Translations under genes and position numbers: made by a program
Notes under the pieces: generated by a model
Database searches by the model: none
Seen by the model: only the letters and a program-made list of their open reading frames with translations
Told to the model about the DNA's origin: nothing
NCBI GenBank assembly: GCA_973895155.1
Contig: OZ316892.1
Location: 8,613,580-8,677,579 of the forward strand
Length of the DNA stretch: 64,000 nucleotides
Direction: 5' to 3'
Source of the DNA: Marsupella aquatica
Taxonomy: Eukaryota; Plantae; Marchantiophyta
Part shown: piece by piece, positions 23,440 to 34,700 of the stretch
How positions within the stretch are numbered: the stretch's first letter is position 1
How the letters are laid out: the number at the start of each line of letters is the position of its first letter

Positions 23440-24780
23440 ACCTGAGTAAAAGACAGAAGGACCAGCTGCTGAATTTGTTCCTCAAGCATGAGAATGTGTT
23501 TGCTTTCTCTATGAAGGACTTGGGTAAGTGCAAGACTATGCAGTTCTCCATTGAGTTGGCTGATGAAACACCTATCTTCAGGCGGAGACACCGTTTGAGT
23601 AAGCATGAGTGGCAACTAGTGGAGGAGAGGTGCCAAGAGCTCTATGAAGCTGGTCTTATTCAGCCATCTACATCAGATTTTGCAGCAGCTACAGTGATGC
23701 CAGCAAAGAAGGATTCCAGTGGATTGTGGACAGAGAAGCGCATGTGTGGGGACTATAGGCCATTGAACCTGGTCACACCCCAGGATAGGTACCCCATGCC
23801 GCGGCCAGAGGAGCTATTTGACAGCATTGGAGACTCAGACATCTTCACTCTTGTGGATCTAAGGCAAGGCTTCAACCAGATTTTGCTGCTTGCAAAGGAT
23901 CGCAAGAAAACAGCTTTCCATGGTAGTAACCAACTATGGGAGTGGTTGGTGATGCCATTTGGCTTGAAGAATGCGCCCATATTCTTTCAAAGAGTCATGG
24001 ACCAGGTTCTGCAAGGTGCTGAGTTTTTGAAATGCTACATTGATGATGTGTTGGTCCACAGCAAAGGATTTGACCAGCATCTACTTGACCTTGAGGAGCT
24101 ATTCATGAGGCTTAAGAAGGTGAACCTAAAGATACACCCCAAGAAGTATGAATTTGCTGTCAGATCAGTAGTATACCTTGGGCACCGCATTCTTCCAAAT
24201 GGAACCATGGCTCACCGGGCCAAAGTGGTATCCATCTTGGAAATGCCCACTCCTACTGATGTTCACACTCTTAGGAGCTTTATTGGGTTGTGCAATTACT
24301 ACCGGATCTACATCAAAGATTTCAGTACCATTGCACATCCATTGTACTCTTTGTTGAAAAAGAATGTGACTTGGACATGGAGTACAGATGCTGAGGCAGC
24401 ATTTGCCACTTTGAAGGAGAAGCTCTCAGAATACCCGGTGCTTAGAAGACCTGATTTCATTTCAGCAAGGTCTTTGTGCTACACACAGATTGGAGTACCC
24501 TTGGGATTGGTGCCATTCTGGGCCAGCATGATGAGGAAGGTAAAGAGTACGTCATTGCCTATGCATCCAGGAGCAACAATCAGGCAGAGAGTCATTATTC
24601 TTCTTATGAGGGTGAATGCCTTGCTGTTGTGTGGGCTATCATACATTATAGGCCCTACCTCTATGGGACCAGGTTTGTCCTCTACACCGACCACCAGCCC
24701 TTGAAGTGGTTGATGACCAACGACAAGCTTATTGGCAAGCTTGCTCGATGGGCGCTCATACTCATAGGCCTGGTGTGACA
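23440..24780 (+). pseudogene. Reverse transcriptase and RNase H
   Basis: RMCGDYRPLN, DLRQGFNQI, MPFGLKNAP, YIDDVLV, LRSFIGLCNYYR; RNase H HTDWS..YEGECLAV..YTDHQPL. A 5-bp duplication (atttc, 24454-24463) causes a frameshift, and there is an apparent short deletion near 24760. Confidence 0.97.
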
Positions 24781-25099
24781 CATCAAAATGCTGACACTAT
24801 GTCTCGCAGCCCTTTGATTGCCTCTAATGATTCCTCAGATGCACGGCAGGATTTTGACCAGGTTTCCATCCTGCCTACATTTCATGCATCTACCTATCTT
24901 GCTTTGCTGCCATGCTACGTTGTTGACCAACCTGTGGTGGACATATGGGAGGACAACGACACTCTGAGATTTTTGCAGCATGGGGAGTACCCCATACATG
25001 TTACTGCTGCCCAGAGAGACCGAATTCAGCAAAGGTCCAAGCGCTACTTGTGGAAGGGAGATCATCTCGTGCGCTGCTTGCCAGACAGGGAAGTGGTGG

Positions 25100-26180
25100 T
25101 TCCACCCATTCATGAGAGGGTTGGCCTTATCCGTAAGGTACATTCTGAGCTTGGTCATTTTGGTGTTAAGAGGACTTACAGCCTCTTGGTCCCTCATTAT
25201 CATTGGAGAGGCATGCATGGCCAGGTTCGAGATGTTATTGCCCGGTGTGAACAGTGTGATAGGGTGAGGACTTCTTTCACATCTCGGCAACCCACACTTC
25301 ATCCACTCCCTATTCAGGGCATGTTTTATCGCTGGTCATGTGATTTGGCTGGAGAATTACCCCTCACGTCTCGGGGTAATCTCTACATCATGATCATGAT
25401 AGAGCATTTCTCCAAGTGGATAGAACTTGTGGCATTTCCGGATAAGACCTCCCATAGCACCAGCCAGGCATTCCTACAACAAATTTTCGGCCGCTTTGGA
25501 GCTTGTGCAGAATGTCTCACTGACCAGGGCTCAGAGTTTAGAGGAGAGTTCCAGGAGCTGCTTGATCAGGCCCTCATTGATCATCGCCGGACATCACGAG
25601 ATCACCCACAGGCAGATGACTTGGCAGAGCGCATGGTTAAGACATGCAACAAGGGCCTCCGGAAGATCTGCCTCACCAAAAACAAGGAGGATTGGGACCT
25701 GGCCTTACCCTACATTGCCATGGGGTATAGGATGTCCAGACATGCATCACTGTCTAACTTTTCTCTCTACTTCTTGTTGTTTGGTCGTCACCCAGTTCCA
25801 CCTTCTGCTATTGCTGCTCACATGCTTTAGGTGGTAGACTTGGATTCAGCTGTGACTTGGTCTGATGTGATCTCTGAGAGGGCTGCCCTATTCAGGAGGG
25901 TTATGCCCATGGCCATGGAGAATTTGGCCATTGCACAGCACAGGGACACACTACGTTATGCACACACACGAGGGGGCACTTTTCAGCCCAAGGTCAGGAA
26001 GTTTGATGTGGGAGATTTTGTGTACTTGCAGCGGCAAGCTAACGACACCCTGGACACCTCTACCAGTCGTACTATTCTCAGGGTTAAAGCTATTCGACCA
26101 TCTGGAGTGCTAGAGTTACAAGGGGCAGATGGGCGCACAATTGCAGACAATGCCAAGAATTGCGCCCCTTGTCATCTGCC
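25100..26180 (+). pseudogene. DDE integrase
   Basis: HHCC (HSELGH...CEQC), catalytic WSCDLAG / LTDQGSEF / LAERMV, C-terminal VGDFVYL; TAG at 25828. Confidence 0.96.
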
Positions 26181-26235
26181 TAACCTGGATCCCACCATTA
26201 TGACTTCTACTTGGATTCCACCTGTGGACTACCCT

Positions 26236-26388
26236 TGCAAAGTGTGTTTGTGAATTGATGATGCTGACCAGATGCTGCTGTGTGACAATTGCAATGGAGG
26301 GTACCATCTTTTTTGCCTTCGGCCTGAACTTACCCAGGTGCCAGAAGGGTTATGGTTTTGCCCTTCCCGTGCTCCACGTGCTACCTGA
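26236..26388 (+). pseudogene. PHD finger at the integrase C-terminus
   Basis: CKVCL*IDDADQMLLCDNCNGGYHLFCLRPELTQVPEGLWFCPSR: C4HC3 spacing with the conserved Trp; last Cys position is Arg (cgt). In frame with the integrase. Confidence 0.9.
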
Positions 26389-26420
26389 ATTTTCTTCAGC
26401 CCTCCTTTTGGATGTGGTCT

Positions 26421-26427
26421 GGGGGGG
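26421..26427 (+). promoter_or_regulatory. Polypurine tract (G7) immediately before B1
   Basis: ggggggg directly abuts atacagagg, the first bases of B1. Confidence 0.7.
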
Positions 26428-26603
26428 ATACAGAGGTTTACACCTCCACTACGTACATACCACTTCATTTGCTTTTTCTTGGCACTTGTGAATGTGATTG
26501 GACTTTTTCTATGCATGTTGGTTGCTAGCAGCTTGCACATATGCCTTGCCGGTGACTTATATGTTTTCGATACACTATGGCTACGATACTATATGTCACG
26601 ACA
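26428..26603 (+). repeat. Repeat B1 (176 bp)
   Basis: Matches 26965-27140 with one substitution; ends tgtcacgaca. Confidence 0.97.
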
Positions 26604-26605
26604 AC

Positions 26606-26964
26606 TGTCATGCTGAGGGACAGTGCCTCTTATGCACATCGGCATGTCCCTCGCATGCCCGCTAGGTATGTAGTTAGGGCTAGTGTACTACTTGAGTTAG
26701 CGACATGTTCTTATAGCAAATGTCAGGCGTTCTTGAAGCAAACGCGCTTGTTGGTGTGACGCCAGGACTTTGTTTACTTAGGGCATGTCTTTCTTTGTGG
26801 GTTTTTCAGTTCTTCTTGAATCGCTGTTGACAGAGCTCAAACAGTGCTCGTTGGTTCCGTACTCGGGATTCACATAGTGATTCGTTAGATGCTCCCGGCC
26901 GATCTTGGCATCTCGCCGGTTTTCAATTCGATTTTAGTACGCTTGTTTCTCTTACGCCTTTTAT
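26606..26964 (+). repeat. Repeat A2 (359 bp)
   Basis: Copy of 17290-17648, separated from B1 by the dinucleotide ac. Confidence 0.97.
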
Positions 26965-27140
26965 ATACAGAGGTTTACACCTCCACTACGAACATACCAC
27001 TTCATTTGCTTTTTCTTGGCACTTGTGAATGTGATTGGACTTTTTCTATGCATGTTGGTTGCTAGCAGCTTGCACATATGCCTTGCCGGTGACTTATATG
27101 TTTTCGATACACTATGGCTACGATACTATATGTCACGACA
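26965..27140 (+). repeat. Terminal repeat B2 (176 bp)
   Basis: Copy of 26428-26603, joined directly to A2 (..ccttttat|atacagagg..). Confidence 0.97.
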
Positions 27141-27289
27141 ACACTGGCTAAAAATTAAAAAAACTTAAAAAATAAAGTGGTGTAAAGGTTAGTGTTGCAT
27201 GGTGTAAACCATGATTTACTAGCTAAATATACGTGTTTTGCACAAGATATGTACTTGAGTATATATATATATACTCTCGCCAAAGATAT

Positions 27290-27610
27290 GGATATGTAAA
27301 AGATGTAATGAAGTAAAAAGATGTTGTTATGTGAAAGATGTCGTGAAGTAAAACGATGTTGTTAAGAAAAAAGAAATCATTATGTGAAAGATGTTGTGAA
27401 GTACAATGGAGTCGTGTCGTCAAAGATGTCCTTGTGTAAAAGCCATTGTTCCACCAAAGACGGTGTTATGAAAGATGTTATTTACAACAAAGATGACGTT
27501 GTGCAACCAAAGTCTATGCGTAAAGGATGACATTCCGCAAAAGACTTCATTGTGTAAAGGATATCATTGTGTAAAAGATATTGTACATCACTCATTGCAC
27601 AGAAGATGTT
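27290..27610 (+). repeat. Degenerate aaagatgt(t/c) short-period array; reverse-complement relative at ~51690-52000
   Basis: Many aaagatgt/aaagac motifs at ~15-20-bp spacing; acatcttt motifs at 51.7-52.0 kb. Confidence 0.65.
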
Positions 27611-28235
27611 GATAGCCATTGCTAAAACTGTGGGAACATTCTATTATTTTCTGTGCAATGCACGCGTATTACAAAATAGAGAGGAGTAGACAGAAAAGAA
27701 AATCCAGAGAAAAGGATTCCAGGCCAGCATTGTTTTAGTGGCCAAAAAGTTTGCCAGATTTTGCCTCTCCAAAAGCTTACGCCACTTTTGGCAAAAAAGT
27801 GCTAGTTTTTCTCTATCTCATTAGCCACTGTCCCACCTAATCACAGACCCCATTAGCCAGAATCTAACAGTCATCCTTAAATCTAGGGAGATCTGATAGT
27901 CAGGAAAGTATTCCAGGGAAAATCAAATAAATAATATTTTGAGCATCTTCTCCTTTACGTAGTAGACATTCACAACTCTGGCAAAAAAGTAAAAACCTTA
28001 AAGTTTACACTGTTCCAGGCTACTTCCTATTCCATGCTACGTGCTGTTCATCTTGTCCCCATCCCTTTTTTTGGTATGCATTTTCACTTTCAGTTAGAGC
28101 CATCAATTAGAGTCATGGTCTAGAGTCCAGTTAGAGCCCTCAATTAGTCACGGTCTAGAGTCTTCACATTAGGCGGGAGGCCCGAGGAGTAGCTTTTGAT
28201 TTGTGCTTTATTGATTGGATTCACCACACTTGCTA

Positions 28236-28440
28236 CTTGAAAATCCATTCACCCTTCCTTGAAAATTCACTTACAACCAGCCCAAAGCCAGGGCCAATAT
28301 TGTCAACGTTGAAAATTCACTTACAACTTGCCCAATGCCCAAGGTATGAACAATATTGTCAACTTCAAAAATCTACTTACAATTACCTGAATGCCCGTGC
28401 TGTGGATAGTATTGTCACTTGAAAATTCATTTACAGGTAG
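28236..28440. repeat. ~55-bp tandem repeat
   Basis: ttgaaaattcacttacaa...tgccc...atattgtca, about 4 copies. Confidence 0.8.
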
Positions 28441-28876
28441 CACAATGCCCATGGTATGGGTAATATAGTCGAGATTAAGTGATACTGAGAGAAAGCGTTG
28501 TCAAGCTAGATAATCTCTTGGATACTATGGAGAGCCGACAAGTCAAGATGACAACTAGATTTCAAGGAGGTGCAAGTGCAGGGAGAGTAAAGTGGGCACG
28601 GGAAAGGTGCACAATACATGGCACCTTTAAGCCCATCTCATGGTTAGGAAAAAAATGTAATCTTAGTGGAACGGCTACCAGAATGACATTTCTGAAGACA
28701 TCATGAGCACGAAAAAGTTGGATTGCATATGACAGTGTGCTGTTAAGATATGAACTTCCTTGGGTCCCAACTTCTGGAGGTTGTCCGCTTGCAAGTTTTC
28801 AGTTAGGGGACTACACAAAATGAACAGGATGGATGGTTCCTCATTCTCCGAGTTAGATTATATCTAGACAGCAATG

Positions 28877-29040
28877 TACTCTCAATGACTGGTCATTTTT
28901 GGCTTGTAAGGGGAGTGTTGGCATAGTTTGGGAAACCACCTATCCTACATGGCACTCTGTATTCTCAATGACTGGTCATTTTTGGCTTTTAAGGGGAGTG
29001 TTGGCATATTTTGGGAAACCACCTATCCTACATGGCACTC
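28877..29040. repeat. ~83-bp near-perfect tandem duplication
   Basis: ctcaatgactggtcatttttggctt.taaggggagtgttggcata.tttgggaaaccacctatcctacatggcactc occurs twice. Confidence 0.92.
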
Positions 29041-29271
29041 AATGAGAAAAGGCGAAGCAGTCTGCTCCTTTTCGGTAGGATAAATTTTAGGCTGCATTAG
29101 GAGGTGGTGTTTTGCTTTGTCCTTCACAGTAGGTCTCTTCTGTTTGCCCACATTGGCATCTCCTTTTGTTCAGGTTTGAAGCGCAGCATTTAGCTGTCAG
29201 ACTCGTCTTCTCATTTAGGTGTGGAACATTGGAGAGTAGCTATCCGATCATTCTAGTAAAGCCAACCTTAA

Positions 29272-29650
29272 GAGCCTTGATGAAGAGGGGAGCAAAATAT
29301 ATCTCCTGGCAGTTGTAGCCTGTCACTTTTCAATCAGGAGCCCTTATGATGACGAGAGGGGCCTAAAATTTCTCCAGGGAATCGCTTACTGCCAGGTTCC
29401 ACTTAGGAGCTCCTAGCGGGAAAGGGAGAGGCCTAAAATTTCCTCTTGAGGATTACCTCCTGCCACTTTTCACTTAGGAGCCCATAGTGATGAACAGAGG
29501 GGCCCAAAATTTTCCTCTAGAGAATGCCATACCTACCAGTTTTCACTGAGGAGCCCTTAAAAACTAAGGGAGGGACCTAAAATTTTCTCTTTGAGATTGG
29601 GGCCGTGTCCACTTAGGACCCTATAGTGATGAAGAGAGGGGTCTAAAGTT
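29272..29650. repeat. ~65-70-bp minisatellite, about 6 units
   Basis: Recurring cacttaggagccc...gaggggcctaaaattt. Confidence 0.8.
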
Positions 29651-31726
29651 CTGCAGAGTTGTGGTCTACAAGGACTTTACTGTAGTTTCATTGTATGTTC
29701 GTTAAAAAGTTCTTTTCTAGGCAGCCAAAAAGAAAAAGAAAACCAACTGCGTGGTTTCTAATCTCTAGCCTATTCAGCTCCACTACATTACCACAAAACC
29801 AGCGAAGTGGTCCTAATGCCTAAGCCCATTTAGCTTCACTGCATCACCACACTGTTCACCTCAAATGGTACTACTGCGTTTATGAGGCCCCAAATTTTGG
29901 TGAAACTATAATTGATGTTAGTAACATTTTTTGTCAATGACTGGGGAATAGTCTATCCTTAACTTAAAACTCCTCACAACATACCCAGAGACAAGCAGTA
30001 CAAATGGGGGCAAAGGTGGCCTCCAACTTCAACCTGGCACAATTCACGAAATTGAAGCTCAGAGAGACAACGATGTTGAAAAGATGCTAGGCTGGACTGC
30101 AGAACCCCACATGGACCATTCCGAAACATAAATCTTACTTAGATTGGTGTGCTTTGGATACATGCTCACCTTGTTGCGTGTCAAAAAGCTTTGGGTCCAT
30201 CAGAGTCCTTAGGCAAAAGGTTGTGATCAATCTGAGCAACAGCTTCAACATTTCGAGGAAGGGGAGGCACAACCACTACGGTAGGACGTGATAGGTAAAA
30301 AATGGTGGTCCGTCCAAAGCATGAATGTCCAGCTCTAGGAAGAGAGGTGCAGCAACCGGGAAGTGTTCTTGTTCTCAATGAGCTATGCAGAAGATAATTC
30401 AGTGCAAGGCCAACGGTACCATAACGATGAGGGCTGGCTTCTTCCAATCCAGTAGGTAGAATGGATCGGATGCAGCATGGGCGTCCCAAATTCAAAAGCT
30501 GGCAGCAGCAAGACGGTCAGACCACTTCTGCCTAGAGAACTGAAAAGAGGGATCACGACAGAGACGCTGTCATGCTGGTTGGGCGGCAGGACCAGAATGC
30601 AGATCTACGTCCTCGTCCACATGCACAATTCTCGACCACAACACCCTTTCCAGTATGGAGTACCTTCCACCAAATGTTCATGCCCACTTTCATCCGTGAA
30701 CTCCCCTCTCTTTCTACTCGCCTGCTTTTGCAGGCAGAGGACGCCTTGTCTCTCCTCTGTCCTTCAGGTATGCCATGTGTTTTAAATGGGCGATGTGTCC
30801 CTTATGCCAGGGTTTGCTACTCCCAATAGAGCTTCATCATGTAAACAATCTTCAAGACCTGCCAGTTCGAAGGCAAAGATTGCGTCACATTCCAGAGAGT
30901 GACAAATATAATAACTAAGCAGCAGCCGACAAGAACTAGTTGAGAGCAATGTTTCGTACTGCAAAAGCGAACGAGAAAATCCAGGAGAAGGGAAACTGTT
31001 CCTGACAGAATTTTGTTAACTTAACACCAATACACTTCATGTGCCTGGGACTGACCAACTTACCCTGAGAAGCATGAACCTGATACAATATGGATTTTTT
31101 TAAGATGATGTCCGCTGAGGCTACCTGTTGAAACATGAGAAACAGGAAGGAGAAAGTATACGCTCCTCGGAATATTGGATCAGCCGCAAGCCCTGTTATT
31201 TCTTTGACAATATGACTCTTCAAAATTTGGAAGGAATGACCGCCTCCCTTCAAAGGATTTATATCAATATCTACAGTTCTATCTGAATAGGACACACACA
31301 ACCCCCCCCCCCCCCCCCCCTCCCCCTTCAAAAGAAGTACACACACCGCCCTCGCCAGTGCAAACCTATCAACCTAAGCTACTTCTTAGCTTACACACTT
31401 GTTGCAGAATGAATGTCATCCTGACTAACAAATGCCTGAGTTACAAGATGCGACCAAAACCGTTTAATAGTACTTTATCGCAGCCCCTAAAAATTGATGG
31501 ATCAAAATTCCATTTCTGTGCTTCGATGCCTCTTTTGTACAGGCTGTAGGGATAGGCACATTGGCTACCCTTGTTTTGAAACGTCCACCCCGATTCCCCA
31601 CTTGTTCGCTATACTTTGAATCTTGAAATTCCGACCCTGTCCGCCCTGTCCACCCTGTCCATTCTGACGTACACCATTGCAATGTAAGCTACACTTTTCG
31701 TCGAGTTACTTTTGATTAAACCCGCG

Positions 31727-34700
31727 TCAATGAGATGGACGATTGAACTTGTGAGGGTGCTCTATGACCATTACCATCCGACCACATGCCTGCAGAAAAT
31801 TGTGATGCTCTTGGATCTAATCTTAAAGAAACCAACCGCCACAGAAAACTTTACAAAAAGCAAAAAGCTTCAAAACTTCCTCGAGGAAGTTATCTGAAAT
31901 AAATTTCATAACCCTAGCACGCTGTCTTTCTCGAGGTGAGACCATCGTGATGCACATTTCTTGATATAGTCATGAGATAGATAGGAACCACTCAGTTACC
32001 TGCATTTTGTCTGCCATTAGATACGCCAACTCTGCTTTCAATTTCGCCACTTCCAGCCGACCAGTCTGCATCAAGGTCTCAATATGCTGAGTAGCTTTCT
32101 CACAGATGGCGACCTGCCATGGACAAAGGAAATTTTTTAAATCATCCTTTTCAACAATTCCGTCAGGACATTCAACTGCAAGGACAAACAATCAGGAACA
32201 CCAAACACTGGCACGGCCAATTTCATGTTGGAAGTCTTGATTTCAAGCCAACTTCACTAAAAGAGAGAACGAAGAGTTATGACAGCAAATCACCACCTTC
32301 TTGGTACGTAACAGCAGATATTGAAGAAAGAAATTGTCCAGCAGGACTAGAATCCGTTCTACGAGCTTCCTACCAAGACCATGGATGGGTCAAGCAACCA
32401 GCGTATACATGTCCATGTGGCAAAGACACCACATACCACTTCGAAGTCCTCTGTTGGTAAGCCATCCAGCTCAATCAGGTTTGAATCTTCTGATCCTCCA
32501 ATTTTGTAAAGGGTATTTATCATCAATCTAAATTGCCTGGTGCCATTCACACCATACATAGAAGGGATAACTTTAGAACTCATGGCAAATATCAGGAACC
32601 AAACTTTACTTAGTGAGCTAGTTTTGGCAGGACAACCTGAACTGTTGTTCAATTTCCCACTCGGGACACATGCTTTAATGAACGAAAACCTGCAAGAAAA
32701 GAAAGAAATAGTCACCTTTGGGATTTGAAAAATGCCCGAGTCAATTCTGTCTCACATCTGGAATTACCCGAGGGAACCATAGAGTCCATAGGGAGATGGA
32801 CAGAAAGCATCCCAGAACCAACGTTACCGGTATTCAGGGTTTGTGGGAGCTCCGATCTGCAGTGGCATATTCACAATCGCAACTTAGTTCTAGCCAGCTC
32901 AAGTGAGATCACACTTCACAAATCCACAGACAGTCTGTTTGAGCTCTCCTATGAATTTGAAGGAATAATGGCCAGACAAGCTTTGCAAAAATAACACAGC
33001 ACTAAAGATAATCCGCTAGGAACAAAGGCAAGATAATGCATACCTTGAACCTGACAAAGGCTCTCTGAAATCAGGAGTTATGTGTTGTCCATTCCCCACA
33101 TCCATAGCCTGATATAATGCCGGACTCTCTTCTATAACTTGCTCCGTGAATATGTCCCCGCCTCTAAGTTCACCATTGGCTGATACTGGTGGTGATAGCA
33201 GGTCTCGTTCGGCCGGGTCGGATGACACTGATGATCTATGCTCCGGCACTAAGGTGGCTACGGGTTGTTGATGCAACTCACACGTTTGCTGTGATGCATC
33301 AGGCAAAGCAGAGTTGGGAGCCTGGAGTAAAACTGGAGTAAAGGTAGTGTTTAGAGAGGGTGGGAGACCTGGTGAAGGTGGTGTAGGCATAGGGATAATT
33401 GCAGCAGAAAGCATTTCTCCCGAACCCAAGCTATTTCTATGATCCAATTCCTGGGTTGAAGTCGATTGATCGCAAGCTGTCTGAGGTGCAAGACCTCCTC
33501 TGGAAATCCTATTCCTGTTCACCGCCGAAGCTTCATGAAAACCACTAGCCCGACCCTTTCCTGAGGATGAGCTGATTCCCTGAACATACCAGGAAATAAA
33601 CAAAGCGGGCATGTCAAGCAAGATATGCCATGGCCACCACACATGCACTTATACTTCTCCCAAAGTGTATAGCTTGAAAACTCCACATTGTGAATAGGCT
33701 CAGTGGAGTAAATTGATCTTGCTCATAACACACGTGATATTCCAAATACATTCCATACTTATTACTTCACTATTCGTACTCAAATAAGTGCAAAATCCAT
33801 AGGCATTCTCCTAATTAACAGCTTGGGATGATATGAAAGACGCAAACCAAACTGCTACTGTAGACGGAATTCTGTCTCTTGCCTTCCGCTGGGACAGCTG
33901 AGGATCTCCAGGGGTTCTTCGCCTGATAAGCTCTCTTGAAAGAGAGACAAGGGACTTGTCAACAGCATGTGGTTGTGAAGCCTGCACAGACACGATCTCC
34001 CTAAGATATCATAGACAAAATAATCGTAACCCCTCTCTTACAGATAACAACTTTTCAAAAAGAAGAAACACAGAGCTAAATATGGCAGAAACCTGCAATT
34101 CTTTCAGCCTTTGCAAGGAAGATTTCGAAGCTGCTCCTAATCGACGTGAGTTCACCAACGTATTCAATGAGGGGCCCACACTGGCTTCATGACCACGCAG
34201 GTCCCCATTAGATTCAATAGCGGGTTGCTGGACATCGGATGAGGCAGAAGTATGCGTAGTACGACGAGGCGCACGAACTCGTGGCATCACTGTTTCTTCT
34301 GGGTTACCAACACTGTACGAAGAAGGTTCGTCCCGCTCTTCTTCAGCAACATGCCCGTTCGCTGGGGCATCCATAAGCAGCAATACTTCCTGAGGTTCTT
34401 CTGATTGAACCTAACAAAGAAATGTCCACGAAGGCAAATTCAATCAAATAAACACGAAGAAATAAACACAAATATCTTTCAAAACATCGAAATGTGATTA
34501 TAGGACCAAACTAGGAAAGACAACTACCTGAAGTGGAGTACAATATCTGTCTACTTTCTCATGGGAGCGACAACAGACGCAATTCTTGCTATGCAACGCT
34601 CCCACTAACCTGCCGAGTTGAAAGAGGAACAGCGATTTCCCTATCTTTCTCCTTGCGGGACAGCTCCGCCTGCGCTTTTTCCAGCTCTCTCATTGTTTCG

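Larger units (their letters stand above)
17290..27140 (+). mobile_element. Full-length Ty3/Gypsy-type retrotransposon with split direct repeats (A-ORFs-B-A-B) encoding Gag-PR-DNMT-RT-RH-INT-PHD; this copy is inactivated
   Basis: Outer ends TGTCATG...CACGACA (imperfect inverted), 4-bp TSD ACAC (17286-17289 / 27141-27144), RT-RH-INT domain order, repeat blocks listed separately. Confidence 0.95.

Noticed and set aside
17290-27140. DIRS/Ngaro/PAT tyrosine-recombinase element, suggested by the split repeats and a methyltransferase
   Set aside because: No tyrosine recombinase motifs seen. It has a protease, an HHCC-DDE integrase, TG..CA ends and a TSD, and the MTase is C5-cytosine type rather than the adenine-type domain of DIRS elements.
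26606-27140. Reading A2+B2 as an independent solo LTR inserted beside a second element
   Set aside because: It has no TSD of its own beyond the 2-nt 'ac', the ACAC TSD spans the entire 17290-27140 unit, and the PBS and PPT map to the A-end and B-start. Not fully excluded without other copies.
29272-29650. Repeat-spacer-like array resembling CRISPR
   Set aside because: Eukaryotic context, degenerate repeats, mutually similar 'spacers' and no cas genes; it is a minisatellite.
31302-31326. Long poly-C run
   Set aside because: Simple homopolymer of unreliable length; no further structure supportable.
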